The notes below the pieces were generated by a model that made no database searches, was not told the origin of the DNA, and worked only from the letters and a program-made list of their open reading frames with translations. A stretch of DNA of 64,000 nucleotides from Alphaproteobacteria bacterium (lineage in GTDB: Bacteria; Pseudomonadota; Alphaproteobacteria; Rickettsiales; UBA3002): the NCBI GenBank assembly GCA_035911175.1, contig JAMHWA010000034.1, forward strand, positions 5,206-69,205, read 5' to 3'. The position numbers were made by a program, and so were the translations under genes. Shown here piece by piece: positions 9,364 through 19,284 of this stretch (position 1 is its first letter; each line of letters begins with the position of its first letter).

Positions 9364-9842
9364 CGTCCGCGCGTATCGGTATCTGGGGTGGAGTTGCTGT
9401 TGCGCGCGCGCGTGAGTCGCCCGCCTGCGTTCGCGTGCTTTTCAATCAGTGCACTAATATCGACCGTGGGGTCGATGACCACATTTTGCGCATCGGATGC
9501 GTGGAAGTGGCGGCGCTTCCAGAACAGGTCGCTTTGGCCAGTGAGCGCACCGAGCTTTTCGCGCATGGGGCGGGGCAGTGGCATGGTTCCATCGTTATAG
9601 CCCGTATTAAACACATCGGAGCGGAAATAATCGGAATCTTTGGCGTGGCCAAGCAAGCCGTCGAACTCAGCGGGGCTAATGGATTGTTTGTCTAAAAGAA
9701 ACTGCACAAACTCGGCAGGAAACAAGAGTGGGTTCTCGCCCCTTACGATGGCGTCGCATTTTTGATTGTAGGTACGCCTACGGCATATAAGGCCGCTACC
9801 TTCGGATAGTCGTGTTGTATGGCTGGTGGGGCGATTTGTCAT
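9360..9842 (-). CDS. hypothetical protein (orphan, 160 aa)
   Basis: Only long ORF in this gap. No clear SD and no recognisable domain. C-terminus is ...TPDTDTRGR. Confidence 0.5.
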   Translation of the reverse strand: MTNRPTSHTTRLSEGSGLICRRRTYNQKCDAIVRGENPLLFPAEFVQFLLDKQSISPAEFDGLLGHAKDSDYFRSDVFNTGYNDGTMPLPRPMREKLGALTGQSDLFWKRRHFHASDAQNVVIDPTVDISALIEKHANAGGRLTRARNSNSTPDTDTRGR

Positions 9843-9953
9843 CGTATAATCAGTTTATACCATATGAGGCTAAAGGTCTGTGACAGTTTCTTGACATTTG
9901 CGCCCCCGCATGCGACATGACCCTGCAACCCCAAGAAAACTTGCGAGGATTGC

Positions 9954-11420
9954 ATGACTGATTCCCCATTCCCCCTAGCCTTAACGTTCGACGATGTGCT
10001 GCTGAAACCCGGCGCGTCCGAGGTGCTGCCACGCGATGCGGATACAAAGACCAAGCTAACTCAGGGTATTGAGCTGGGCATCCCCCTCATGTCGGCGGCG
10101 ATGGATACGGTGACCGAGTCCTCCCTCGCGATTGCCATGGCGCAGCATGGCGGCATTGGCACCATCCACAAAAACATGGAGCTCGAGGCACAGGCGCGCG
10201 AAGTGACGCGAGTGAAGAAGTTTGAATCGGGCATGGTGGTGAACCCCGTCACCATCACCCCTGAAAAGACCTTGGCCGATGCCTATGCGCTGATGGACGC
10301 GAACAACATTTCTGGCATTCCCGTTACGGAGAAGGATGGCACGCTGGTGGGCATCCTGACCAACCGCGACGTTCGTTTCGCTACCGATATAAAGCAGCCT
10401 GTGGCTGAGTTAATGACCAAAAAACTGATCACGACCAAAGAGGGCATCAGCAAAGAAGAAGCGAAGAAATTACTGCACCAACACCGCATCGAGAAGCTGC
10501 TGGTGGTGGATGTGAACTACCGTTGCGTGGGGCTGATTACGGTTAAAGACATTGAAAAATCAGTGAAATACCCGCAGGCGGCCAAGGATGAGCGCGGCCG
10601 TTTGCGCGTCGCAGCAGCGGTCGGTACGGGGGCGGAAGGAATTGCCCGCGCCGAAGCCTTGATTGCGGCCGATGCAGATGTGATTATTGTTGACACCGCC
10701 CATGGCCACAGCGCGGGTGTTATCAAAACTGTACAAGAGATCAAGCGCTTACACCCCCATGTCGCGGTGATTGCCGGCAACATTGCCACCGCCGAAGCAG
10801 CCGAGGCGCTGATTGCCGCAGGGGTGGATGCGGTGAAGGTGGGCATTGGCCCCGGTTCCATTTGCACCACCCGCATGGTGGCGGGGGTGGGGGTACCACA
10901 ACTGAGCGCCATCATGGATGTGCGTAAAGTAGCGGATAAGAAGAATATCCCCTTGATTGCCGACGGCGGAATCAAATTCAGTGGTGACTTTGCCAAAGCC
11001 ATTGCCGCAGGTGCCAGTGTGGCCATGATTGGCTCGTTGCTCGCAGGCACCGAGGAATCCCCTGGGGAGGTGATCTTGTTCCAAGGCCGCAGCTACAAAA
11101 CCTATCGCGGCATGGGCAGCGTGGGTGCCATGGCCAAAGGCTCGGCCGACCGCTACTTCCAAGCCGAGGTGACAGAGGCGTTGAAGCTTGTTCCGGAGGG
11201 TGTTGAAGGCCGCGTGCCGTTCAAGGGCTCGGTGGCGGGTGTCATCCACCAATTGGTCGGAGGACTGAGGGCTTCCATGGGCTATACCGGTAACGGAACG
11301 ATTGAAAGAATGCGAAATAACTGCCAGTTCGTTCGTATGACAGGGGCGGGCCTACGCGAATCCCACGTGCATGATATTACGATCACGAAAGAGTCGCCGA
11401 ATTATCGCTTGGAGAGTTAG
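9954..11420 (+). CDS. guaB: IMP dehydrogenase
   Basis: 488 aa. [11 protein letters not shown] start, a CBS pair, the catalytic loop [11 protein letters not shown], and a C-terminal YRLES-like tail. Confidence 0.95.
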   Translation: MTDSPFPLALTFDDVLLKPGASEVLPRDADTKTKLTQGIELGIPLMSAAMDTVTESSLAIAMAQHGGIGTIHKNMELEAQAREVTRVKKFESGMVVNPVTITPEKTLADAYALMDANNISGIPVTEKDGTLVGILTNRDVRFATDIKQPVAELMTKKLITTKEGISKEEAKKLLHQHRIEKLLVVDVNYRCVGLITVKDIEKSVKYPQAAKDERGRLRVAAAVGTGAEGIARAEALIAADADVIIVDTAHGHSAGVIKTVQEIKRLHPHVAVIAGNIATAEAAEALIAAGVDAVKVGIGPGSICTTRMVAGVGVPQLSAIMDVRKVADKKNIPLIADGGIKFSGDFAKAIAAGASVAMIGSLLAGTEESPGEVILFQGRSYKTYRGMGSVGAMAKGSADRYFQAEVTEALKLVPEGVEGRVPFKGSVAGVIHQLVGGLRASMGYTGNGTIERMRNNCQFVRMTGAGLRESHVHDITITKESPNYRLES

Positions 11421-11506
11421 GGTGCTTTGAAAGAAAAAGTGGATTCCAGCTTTCGCTGGAATGACGATACTGCTATAAGCCCCAGCCCTAACAATTTGGA
11501 ACACGC

Positions 11507-12850
11507 ATGAAACCCGCTGCCCGCATTCAAGCTGCTATTGAGATCATGGAGCATGTCCAGTCTATCTGGCTGGCGGATAAGCGCGCGCCGGTGGATGGAT
11601 TGCTGGCGGATTATTTTCGCGCGCGGCGCTATATTGGCAGCAAAGACAGGGGCGCGATTGCCGAACTGGTCTATTTCTGTCTGCGCTTTGGTGGTGCGCT
11701 GCAATGGCATGTTGAGGCATGTGATCGCTCGGTGACGCCGCGTCGGGTGGTGATGGTGGCACTGCTGTTCCACGAGCCAAGCATGAGCGTGGACGAGATT
11801 GCGGATAGTTTCGATGGCACACAATATTGCCCCGCCGCACTGACCGACCAAGAACGCACCATGCTGACGCGTTGCGCGAAGCACGAATTTTTGGGTGATG
11901 AAATGCCCGAAGATGCACGGCTGAATTACCCCGAGTGGATGGAAGGCCGCCTGAAGGATGCATTTGGAGACGATTTGCCCAAAGCCATGGAAGCCTTGAA
12001 CGCCCAAGCGCCGATTGATCTGCGCGCGAACACACTGAAATGTAAAGATGCGGGCGATTTGATTCTGGCGCTTGATAAAGATGGCTATTTTGGGGTCCCA
12101 ACGCCGCATTCGCCTGTGGGGGTGCGCCTCAAGAAGCGCATTGCTGCGTTTAACACACAAGCTTTCAAAGATGGCAAATTCGAGATGCAGGACGAAGGTA
12201 GCCAGATTGCTTCGTTGCTGGTGCGGGCCAAGCCAGGCCAAAAAGTCATCGATTTTTGTGCGGGGGCGGGGGGCAAAACCTTGGCCATTGCCGCCACCAT
12301 GCAAAACAAAGGGCGCATTTTAGCGTGGGATACCTCGGCCAATCGACTGGCGCAGATGGGCAAGCGCTTAGCACGCGCAGGAGTGAGCAATGTGCAAACC
12401 CATGTGCTGCGCGATGAAACAGACCCGTTCTTGAAGCGGCATCTGGCGAGTGCCGATTGGGTGCTGGTGGACGCGCCATGCTCGGGTTCGGGCACATGGC
12501 GGCGTAACCCCGACCTTAAATGGCGATTCACGCTCGAGGATTTGCAGGAAATTAAAGCAATTCAAGGTCGTATCCTGCAAAGTGCAGCACGGCTCGTTAA
12601 GCCAGGCGGACGGCTGATTTATGTTACCTGTTCCATCTTCCCAGATGAGAATTTTTGGCAGGTAAAGCAATTCCTTGGGGGTAATCCAACATTTCGAGTT
12701 GAAGCCCCCGACAAAATGTGGAATAAGCACCTACTTGCACGCGATGGCGTAGGTGCCAGCCTCGTGCTCAGCCCGCACAAAGACGGGACGGATGGTTTCT
12801 TCGCAGCTATCCTACTGAAAGATGTGGCCGCCCCGAAAGGGACACAGTAA
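11507..12850 (+). CDS. RsmB/Sun-family rRNA cytosine-C5 methyltransferase
   Basis: 447 aa. NusB-like N-terminus. FCAGAGGKT SAM site and DAPCSGSGTWRRNPD plus YVTCS catalytic cysteines. Confidence 0.85.
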   Translation: MKPAARIQAAIEIMEHVQSIWLADKRAPVDGLLADYFRARRYIGSKDRGAIAELVYFCLRFGGALQWHVEACDRSVTPRRVVMVALLFHEPSMSVDEIADSFDGTQYCPAALTDQERTMLTRCAKHEFLGDEMPEDARLNYPEWMEGRLKDAFGDDLPKAMEALNAQAPIDLRANTLKCKDAGDLILALDKDGYFGVPTPHSPVGVRLKKRIAAFNTQAFKDGKFEMQDEGSQIASLLVRAKPGQKVIDFCAGAGGKTLAIAATMQNKGRILAWDTSANRLAQMGKRLARAGVSNVQTHVLRDETDPFLKRHLASADWVLVDAPCSGSGTWRRNPDLKWRFTLEDLQEIKAIQGRILQSAARLVKPGGRLIYVTCSIFPDENFWQVKQFLGGNPTFRVEAPDKMWNKHLLARDGVGASLVLSPHKDGTDGFFAAILLKDVAAPKGTQ

Positions 12851-12909
12851 CCTTTTGATTTCTATGGTTCTGTGGGTCGCAAAACCAGGGATTAACCAAA
12901 GGATTACCG

Positions 12910-14145
12910 ATGGCAAAACAGGCAAATCAGCGTTTCTTACGCAAAGGCAATAAGGCAAAAACAGCGGTTCGCGGGGGGCTCCTCGGGTTTATTGACCGTG
13001 TATTCAGTAAGCGTAGTATCATTGTTGTATCAGGGCACACCACGACCCACGTACCGTTTTCGGCGCGCGCACAACTGTTGATGAGCGTTGCAGTTCTGGG
13101 CTTTGTTGGTTTGGGAAGCTACTCAAGCGGCTCCTACATGGCGGCACAGCAGGTGATTGATGAAAAAGAGCAAAAACTAGCCAGCTTCGAGCAGGAAAAC
13201 GCTAAAGTTGAGGCAGAGTTTACACTACTCAAACAGGATTTAATGAAGCTTGCCGAAGGTGGCAAAGGCGCAAAGGCGGCTGAAGCCGCCAAGGAAATCG
13301 TTGAGCAATATGCGGCGGATGCGGCGGCACCAGCAACGTCGCTGACGGGCAACACCGAAACGGAAGCGCAATATAATGTGGTGTTTAACCGCATTCAGTT
13401 TTTGGAAGCCAAGGTGAAAGCGCTGCAATCGGATCATGATGCGATGATTGCCGGCATCCGCGCGACAACTGGCGGAAAAATTAAGGAAATTGAAAGCGTC
13501 ATTGCGCGCACGGGCATCAACGTCGAACCGCTACGCCGCGCGGCGGAAGCGAAGCAAATTCAGGAAGAGCAGCGTCGCGAGAAATATGGCCGCACACAAG
13601 CAGCCAATACCGAGGGCAAAGGCGGCCCTTACACGCCATTACCCACGGCCGTGCTGAAGGAGAAAGAGACCGAGCTCTACTTCAATTTGCGTAAGCTGAT
13701 GTCGCTTGATGACGTGGTTTCGGCGATGCCACTGGCTTCGCCCATGGCAAGCAGCACCTATAAAAAAACCAGCGGTTTTGGTACGCGTGTTGACCCCTTT
13801 CGTGGAACGCTAAGCACGCATTCCGGTGTCGACTTGGCAGGCCCTAGTGGCACCAAAGTTGTTGCAAGCAATAATGGCCGAATAGATTTTGCTGGCTGGA
13901 AAACGGCCTATGGCAACACGGTGGATGTGAAGCATGATTATGGCTTCACGACGCGCTATGGCCACTTGCGCCAGATTCTTGTCAAGCCGGGCCAGTTTGT
14001 GCGCAAGGGGCAAGTGATTGCAATTCAGGGCTCCACGGGTCGTTCTACGGGCGATCATTTGCACTATGAAGTGCGCTATAACGATAAGCCTATTAATCCT
14101 TCGAATTTCTTGAAAGCAGGCAGTGATGTTCAAGCGCTTAATTAA
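12910..14145 (+). CDS. membrane-anchored coiled-coil M23 (LytM-type) peptidase
   Basis: 411 aa. TM near the N-terminus and a coiled-coil middle. The C-terminal HSGVDLAG...GDHLHYEVRYNDKPINP are M23 zinc motifs. Confidence 0.85.
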   Translation: MAKQANQRFLRKGNKAKTAVRGGLLGFIDRVFSKRSIIVVSGHTTTHVPFSARAQLLMSVAVLGFVGLGSYSSGSYMAAQQVIDEKEQKLASFEQENAKVEAEFTLLKQDLMKLAEGGKGAKAAEAAKEIVEQYAADAAAPATSLTGNTETEAQYNVVFNRIQFLEAKVKALQSDHDAMIAGIRATTGGKIKEIESVIARTGINVEPLRRAAEAKQIQEEQRREKYGRTQAANTEGKGGPYTPLPTAVLKEKETELYFNLRKLMSLDDVVSAMPLASPMASSTYKKTSGFGTRVDPFRGTLSTHSGVDLAGPSGTKVVASNNGRIDFAGWKTAYGNTVDVKHDYGFTTRYGHLRQILVKPGQFVRKGQVIAIQGSTGRSTGDHLHYEVRYNDKPINPSNFLKAGSDVQALN

Positions 14146-14644
14146 AGGAAATAAACTAAGCGCATCAAGCAACGCCAGCCACAAGTCGATGGAGCTGTCG
14201 GTGGTGGCGAGCAACATGAACGTGCTCGGTAACATCGTGAGTGATGGTATTTTGGATATTGATGGCCAAGTGGATGGCAATGTGCGTGGCCACTCGGTAA
14301 CGGTGCGTCCTGATGGGCGTATCCGCGGTGATTTGATCGCGACCGAAGTGTTCGTGCATGGCACTGTGGATGGACTTATTAAGTCCGAGAATGTTACCTT
14401 GTTTTCTAGTGCCCATGTGCGCGGCACTATTATGCACGAATCGATTACCATCGAGGATGGTGCGAAGGTGGATGGCAAGCTGAAGCGTACCGAGCGTTTG
14501 GCGATTGAAGACATGCGTGCTGAATCGGTGCGTCGTAATGTGGTACCGGTGATGGATTCGACTTTTGAAAGCCAGAACGATAACGACGAGCCGCAAAGCG
14601 AGCGCGAGATCAAGATTCTCGAGAATCTTCGCTTAATCAGCTAG
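14126..14644 (+). CDS. bactofilin
   Basis: About 172 aa. Repetitive beta-helical pattern GNIVSDGILDIDGQVDGNVRGHSVTVRPDGRIRGDLIATEVFVHGTVDGLI typical of the DUF583/bactofilin core. Overlaps the 3' end of the M23 gene (ATG 14126 or GTG 14123). Confidence 0.8.
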   Translation: MFKRLIKGNKLSASSNASHKSMELSVVASNMNVLGNIVSDGILDIDGQVDGNVRGHSVTVRPDGRIRGDLIATEVFVHGTVDGLIKSENVTLFSSAHVRGTIMHESITIEDGAKVDGKLKRTERLAIEDMRAESVRRNVVPVMDSTFESQNDNDEPQSEREIKILENLRLIS

Positions 14645-14735
14645 TTTTTTGATTGCTCCGCGTTGGTCTGCTGACCAACGCTGCGCGAGCCGTGCCGGCA
14701 CAGCGACGCTTGCCCAGCTCGCGATGGTTACATAA

Positions 14736-15329
14736 TTACTTCTTCCCCCACACCTTTTCGATGTAGCCCGCGCGGCCTGAGCCTTTTTTGTAGGCATTAT
14801 AGTGGGCGGCATTTTTGAGGTAGTATTTTTGGTGGTATTCCTCCGCCGCATAAAACGGCGTGGCAGGAAGAATTTTTACCACTATCGGCTTGGGGGCAAA
14901 TTTGGGGGCAATGGCGGCAAGGGCTTTTTCAGCAGCCAGTTTCTGCGCATCATCGGTATAATAAATAGCGGTTTGGTAGTGCTTGCCTTTATCCGCAAAC
15001 TGGCCTTCGGCATCCGTCGGGTCGATATTTTCGAGGTAGGTTTCGAGCAGTTTTTCGTAGGCGATTTTGCTCGCGTCATAGGTCACCTGAATCGCCTCGA
15101 CATGGCTAGTGGTGGCGCTTGATACATGCTCATAGGTCGCGGTTTTCACATCGCCGCCCGTGTAGCCCACACTGGTGGCAGTCACGCCTGAAGCATTATC
15201 AAACGCTGGTTGCATGCACCAGAAACAGCCGCCCGCGAACATCGCGGTTTGGATGGCAGGCGTGGGGGTGGCGGCCATGGCAGAGCTCCCGATGACTAGG
15301 GTGGCAAGCAGGGTGATAAACTTTTTCAT
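14736..15329 (-). CDS. msrA: peptide methionine-S-sulfoxide reductase with an N-terminal signal peptide
   Basis: 197 aa. MKKFITLLATLVIGSSAMA leader followed by the GGCFWC active site. Confidence 0.9.
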   Translation of the reverse strand: MKKFITLLATLVIGSSAMAATPTPAIQTAMFAGGCFWCMQPAFDNASGVTATSVGYTGGDVKTATYEHVSSATTSHVEAIQVTYDASKIAYEKLLETYLENIDPTDAEGQFADKGKHYQTAIYYTDDAQKLAAEKALAAIAPKFAPKPIVVKILPATPFYAAEEYHQKYYLKNAAHYNAYKKGSGRAGYIEKVWGKK

Positions 15330-15372
15330 AGGCTATCTCCTACCAGATAATTCGCTCGGTGGACAGCTATGG

Positions 15373-16770
15373 TTACACCGCTAGCAAAATCAGGGTCGCA
15401 AGGCCGAGGAAGCTGAAGAAGCCGACGCAGTCCGTCACCGTGGTGAGGAACACCGTCGAGGAAATCGCGGGGTCGAATCCGCGGCGATGCAGGAAAATGG
15501 GGATGAGTGCGCCCCACAAGCCCGCCATAGCCATGGTGACGGTGGCGGCCAACCACATCACCAGTGCAAGTTTCATATCGGCAAACCACGCATAGACGCC
15601 CAGTGCCATTAACAATCCCAGCCCAGCCCCGTTGATGAACCCAATCCAGAGTTCCTTGAACACATAGGACCGAGCGTTGGTGTCGGTCAGTTGGCGGGTG
15701 GCAATGGCGCGCACAGCGACGGTGACGGTTTGCGTGCCCGAATTGCCGCCCATGCTGGCCACCATCGGCATCATGAGGGCGAGGGCGACAATTTGTTCGA
15801 TGGTGCCTTCGAACAGGCCAATCACCAACGAGGCAAGCAGCGCTGTCAGCAGGTTGATGAAGAGCCAGCCGAAGCGCGAACGCACGGTTTCACGCACGCC
15901 GGATTGGAAATCGGATTCCGCAACGCCCCCTGCACGCAGGTAATCTTCTTCATCTTCCTCGACGAGTACATCCACCACGTCATCCACTGTGATGGTGCCC
16001 ACCAGCACGCCTTCGTGGTTGATGACGGGCGCCTCGACCAGTGCGTATTTGCGGAAGAGGTAAGCGACTTCTTCTTGGTCGGTGTCGGTGGTGACGGCAT
16101 AGAGATTGGTCTGGCGGATTTGCTCAAGCGGCACATCGCGCTTATGCCCCAAAATGGTGCCCAGCATGATGCGGCCTGTAGGGACAAACCCAGCATTGAC
16201 GGTATAAATAACATAGAAATATTCAGGCAATTCATCCGCCGCGCGCATGAAATCGATCGTGTCGCCCACCGTCCAGAATTCGGGCACAGCAACCAGCGCC
16301 TTACGCATGAGGCGACCTGCCGAGGCAGTTTCATAGGTGAGGCTTTCCTCGATATCCTCGCGCATGTCGATGGGCATGCCCTCGAGCAGCTCCATCTGCT
16401 CGGCGGGGGCGAGGTCTTGCAGGATGTTCACCGCGTCATCGGTTTCCATGTCCGCCAGCACCTCGGCGGATTTTTCGGTGCCTAGCGCCTCAATCACATC
16501 CTCAGCGGCTTCGGGCGACAGTTCAGCCAGTGTCTCGGAATCAAAATCGCCAGCCAATGCACGGGTAAGGAACAGGCGTTCATCGTGGCTCAGTTGCTCG
16601 AACAGCTCGGCCTGGTCGGGTGCGGGCAGGGGGGCAACCAAATCATGCGCGGCGGCAATATCCTCGCGCGTGATGGCCTCGAAAATGGCGGCGGTCAGCT
16701 CTGGGTTCAGGGAAAAGCCGTGTTCGCTATCATGAAGGGGACTTTGCGTGGTGTCGGCGTTCTCGCTCAT
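15373..16770 (-). CDS. mgtE: magnesium transporter MgtE
   Basis: 465 aa. N-terminal MgtE_N acidic domain, a CBS pair and a C-terminal 5-TM domain (GNSGTQTVTV, DPAISSTVFLTTVTD). Confidence 0.9.
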   Translation of the reverse strand: MSENADTTQSPLHDSEHGFSLNPELTAAIFEAITREDIAAAHDLVAPLPAPDQAELFEQLSHDERLFLTRALAGDFDSETLAELSPEAAEDVIEALGTEKSAEVLADMETDDAVNILQDLAPAEQMELLEGMPIDMREDIEESLTYETASAGRLMRKALVAVPEFWTVGDTIDFMRAADELPEYFYVIYTVNAGFVPTGRIMLGTILGHKRDVPLEQIRQTNLYAVTTDTDQEEVAYLFRKYALVEAPVINHEGVLVGTITVDDVVDVLVEEDEEDYLRAGGVAESDFQSGVRETVRSRFGWLFINLLTALLASLVIGLFEGTIEQIVALALMMPMVASMGGNSGTQTVTVAVRAIATRQLTDTNARSYVFKELWIGFINGAGLGLLMALGVYAWFADMKLALVMWLAATVTMAMAGLWGALIPIFLHRRGFDPAISSTVFLTTVTDCVGFFSFLGLATLILLAV

Positions 16771-16815
16771 ACACAGCCCCTCCTGAAAAATCGGTGTTGA
16801 TACACCCTAGCAGGC

Positions 16816-16900
16816 TGGTGCGACCAAGAAGACTCGAACTTCCACGGGTCGCCCCGCTACCACCTCAAGGTAGTGCGTCTACCAATTCCGCCATGGTCGC
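16816..16900 (-). tRNA. tRNA-Leu (anticodon GAG), CCA encoded
   Basis: Reverse complement is GCGACCATGGCGGAATTGGTAGACGCACTACCTTGAGGTGGTAGCGGGGCGACCCGTGGAAGTTCGAGTCTTCTTGGTCGCACCA. The acceptor stem pairs 7/7. Anticodon loop is TTGAGGT. Long variable arm. Confidence 0.9.
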
Positions 16901-17029
16901 ACATCAGCCAGCTAGGAGGTGCGGGTTAGCAAATGTTTGCGGCAGGAGCAAGTGATTAGTGAGTGGTGATGGCGAATAGTGGCAGGCAGAGGGATTGCAC
17001 TCGTGTATTCTCAAAGCTATAGCTGCCCT

Positions 17030-17656
17030 ATGGAATGGAAACTATCGCAGGGATTGACCGCCTACCCCGAGGCGCTTGCCACCATGGCGGCACGGGTGGA
17101 AGCGATTCAGCACGGCAAAGCCGACGAGCTGGTCTGGCTGGTGGAGCACCCGCCTCTTTACACCCTTGGCACCAGTGCCAAGGGCGGGGATGTGTTGGGC
17201 AAGGGCTTCCCAACCTATGAAACAGGGCGAGGCGGGCAGGTGACCTATCATGGCCCCAGCCAGCGCGTGGCCTATGTGATGCGCGATTTAAAAAAGCATG
17301 CGGGTGCAGCGGGGCCTGATTTACGTGCCTATGTGCAGCAATTAGAGCAGTGGATCATCCTGACCCTCGCCCAGTTCGGGATCGAGGGGTTTTTGCGCGA
17401 TGGCCGTGTGGGGGTGTGGGTCAACACACCGACGGGCGAGGCCAAAATTGCTGCACTCGGTGTGCGGGTACAAAAATGGGTGACCAGCCATGGCATTGCG
17501 CTGAACGTGAACCCCGACCTATCCCATTATGCGGGCATTGTGCCTTGCGGTATCCGCGAGTTTGGCGTCACCAGCATGCACCAGCTTGGGGTGACGGCAA
17601 CGATGGACGAGGTGGATGCAACGCTGAAAGCGCAGTGGGGCAGGGTGTTTGCCTAA
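17030..17656 (+). CDS. lipB: octanoyltransferase (lipoyl(octanoyl) transferase)
   Basis: [12 protein letters not shown] and [10 protein letters not shown] motifs. The track ORF starts at 16979. The Met at 17030 gives the usual LipB length. Confidence 0.85.
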   Translation: MEWKLSQGLTAYPEALATMAARVEAIQHGKADELVWLVEHPPLYTLGTSAKGGDVLGKGFPTYETGRGGQVTYHGPSQRVAYVMRDLKKHAGAAGPDLRAYVQQLEQWIILTLAQFGIEGFLRDGRVGVWVNTPTGEAKIAALGVRVQKWVTSHGIALNVNPDLSHYAGIVPCGIREFGVTSMHQLGVTATMDEVDATLKAQWGRVFA

Positions 17657-17934
17657 GCCGTTGGCCGTGATGTGAAGCCTTGCGCAATCTCTTCGGTCCA
17701 ATCGGCCACCTCCACCTGTGTCACGCGTGCGGCAAGTGGGCCCTCGTGGCAGGTAGCAATCATTGCTTCAATAGTGGCGGTATCGCCCGCAATGACGGCC
17801 TCGACGGTGCCTTCGGTGCGGTTGCGCACCCAACCGTTCAGGCCAAGCTGGCGGGCGTTAGCGCTCATCCATGCGCGATAGCCCACGCCTTGCACGCGGC
17901 CATGGATGAGGAGATGTTTTGCGGTCACAGCCAT
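17653..17934 (-). CDS. acyP: acylphosphatase
   Basis: [12 protein letters not shown] and [12 protein letters not shown] motifs. The track ORF (to 18093) was trimmed to the Met that gives a ~93-aa protein. The start is uncertain. Confidence 0.75.
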   Translation of the reverse strand: MAVTAKHLLIHGRVQGVGYRAWMSANARQLGLNGWVRNRTEGTVEAVIAGDTATIEAMIATCHEGPLAARVTQVEVADWTEEIAQGFTSRPTA

Positions 17935-18006
17935 CGATTTTTTGCTGCATTGCATGGAGGTTATTTGCCTTACGCCAAGAATATGCGTAAATAGAGGGAA
18001 AGCAAA

Positions 18007-19284
18007 ATGAAAGTGATTCCTATGTCGAGCCTTCCTCCCACCACCCAAACCATCGGCGCGCTGAGCCAAGAATTGATTGCCAAGGGCAAGCAATTCTATA
18101 CCCCCAACTACAAGCCGCGCGAGATGATCCTCGACCGTGGGAAGGGCAGCACCGTATGGGATCTCGATGGGCGCGATTACATTGATTTAGGCTCAGGCAT
18201 TGCGGTGTGCAGCCTTGGCCACCAAGACCCCGATTTGCTGGCGGCACTGGATGTTCAAAGCCGCAAGCTTTGGCACACCAGCAATATTTTCTACACCGAG
18301 CCGCCTATTCACTTAGCGGAAAAATTGGTGGAGCTGGCCTGCTTTGCCAAGAAAGTGTTTTTCTGTAATTCGGGCGCCGAGGCCAATGAAGCCGCCATCA
18401 AGCTGGTGCGTAAATACGCGGCGGACGCGGGACGCCCGCCTGAGAAACGCAACATCATCAGCTTTAACGGTTCGTTCCATGGCCGCACCTTGGCCACCGT
18501 TACCCTCACCGCGCAGCCCAAATACCATATTGGGTTTGAGCCAATGCCAACAGGCTTCATCTATTGCGATGTGTTCAACGACGAAGCGGCGATTGAAAAA
18601 TTGGTCGATGATTCTGTCTGTGCGATTTTTGTTGAGCCGGTGCAGGGCGAAGGCGGCGTGATGCCTGCTAAACCAGGATTTTTGCAGCATTTGCGCATGT
18701 TATGCGATAAGGTCGGCGCGCTGTTGGTGGTCGATGAAATTCAGGCCGGTATGGGCCGTACGGGTAGTTTGTTCGCCCATTGCCAAGATGGCGTCATTCC
18801 CGATGTGGTGACGCTGGCTAAGGCGCTGGGTGGCGGCTTGCCTATTGGAGCGATGCTGGTAGGGGGCAAGGCGGCGGATGTGCTGCAATTCGGCACCCAC
18901 GGCACTACCTTTGGCGGTAACCCCGTCATGGCGGCGGTGGCACTTGCATCGGTCACCAAACTCGCGCGGCAGGATATTCTGGAAAACGTGGCCGATCGCG
19001 GCGAGCAGTTGCGTGCGGGGCTGGCGGATATCAATGCCGAGCTTGGGTTATTTAAGGAAATCCGCGGCCGCGGACTGATGATTGGGGCGGAATTGCTGCC
19101 TGAGCATGCCGGTAAATCGGGCGATATTTCGGAAGCCGCGCGCAAAGCCGGCACATTGGTTCTGGTCGCAGGACCGAACGTCATGCGCTTTTTGCCGCCG
19201 CTGGTGATTACGCAGGCAGAAATGGCCGAAGGGCTGAAGCGGTTCAAAGCAGCGCTGGTGAACTATAAGGCGAGTATCGCCTGA
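18007..19284 (+). CDS. astC: acetylornithine/succinylornithine aminotransferase (class III PLP)
   Basis: 425 aa. NSGAEANEAAIKL, VDEIQAGMGRTG, TLAKALGGGLP. Assigned to the AST pathway by context with astA, astD and astB downstream. An ArgD/DapC role is not excluded. Confidence 0.8.
   Translation: MKVIPMSSLPPTTQTIGALSQELIAKGKQFYTPNYKPREMILDRGKGSTVWDLDGRDYIDLGSGIAVCSLGHQDPDLLAALDVQSRKLWHTSNIFYTEPPIHLAEKLVELACFAKKVFFCNSGAEANEAAIKLVRKYAADAGRPPEKRNIISFNGSFHGRTLATVTLTAQPKYHIGFEPMPTGFIYCDVFNDEAAIEKLVDDSVCAIFVEPVQGEGGVMPAKPGFLQHLRMLCDKVGALLVVDEIQAGMGRTGSLFAHCQDGVIPDVVTLAKALGGGLPIGAMLVGGKAADVLQFGTHGTTFGGNPVMAAVALASVTKLARQDILENVADRGEQLRAGLADINAELGLFKEIRGRGLMIGAELLPEHAGKSGDISEAARKAGTLVLVAGPNVMRFLPPLVITQAEMAEGLKRFKAALVNYKASIA

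Noticed and set aside
11417-12304. 295-aa ORF antisense to the RsmB-family gene, together with 10517-11050 and 10749-11252 opposite guaB.
   Set aside because: The sense frames carry diagnostic methyltransferase and IMPDH motifs. The antisense frames are low-complexity.
13810-14613. 267-aa ORF antisense to the M23/bactofilin pair.
   Set aside because: It lies opposite two genes with clear domain signatures.
15691-16485. 264-aa ORF antisense to mgtE.
   Set aside because: It is the mirror frame of a conserved transporter gene.
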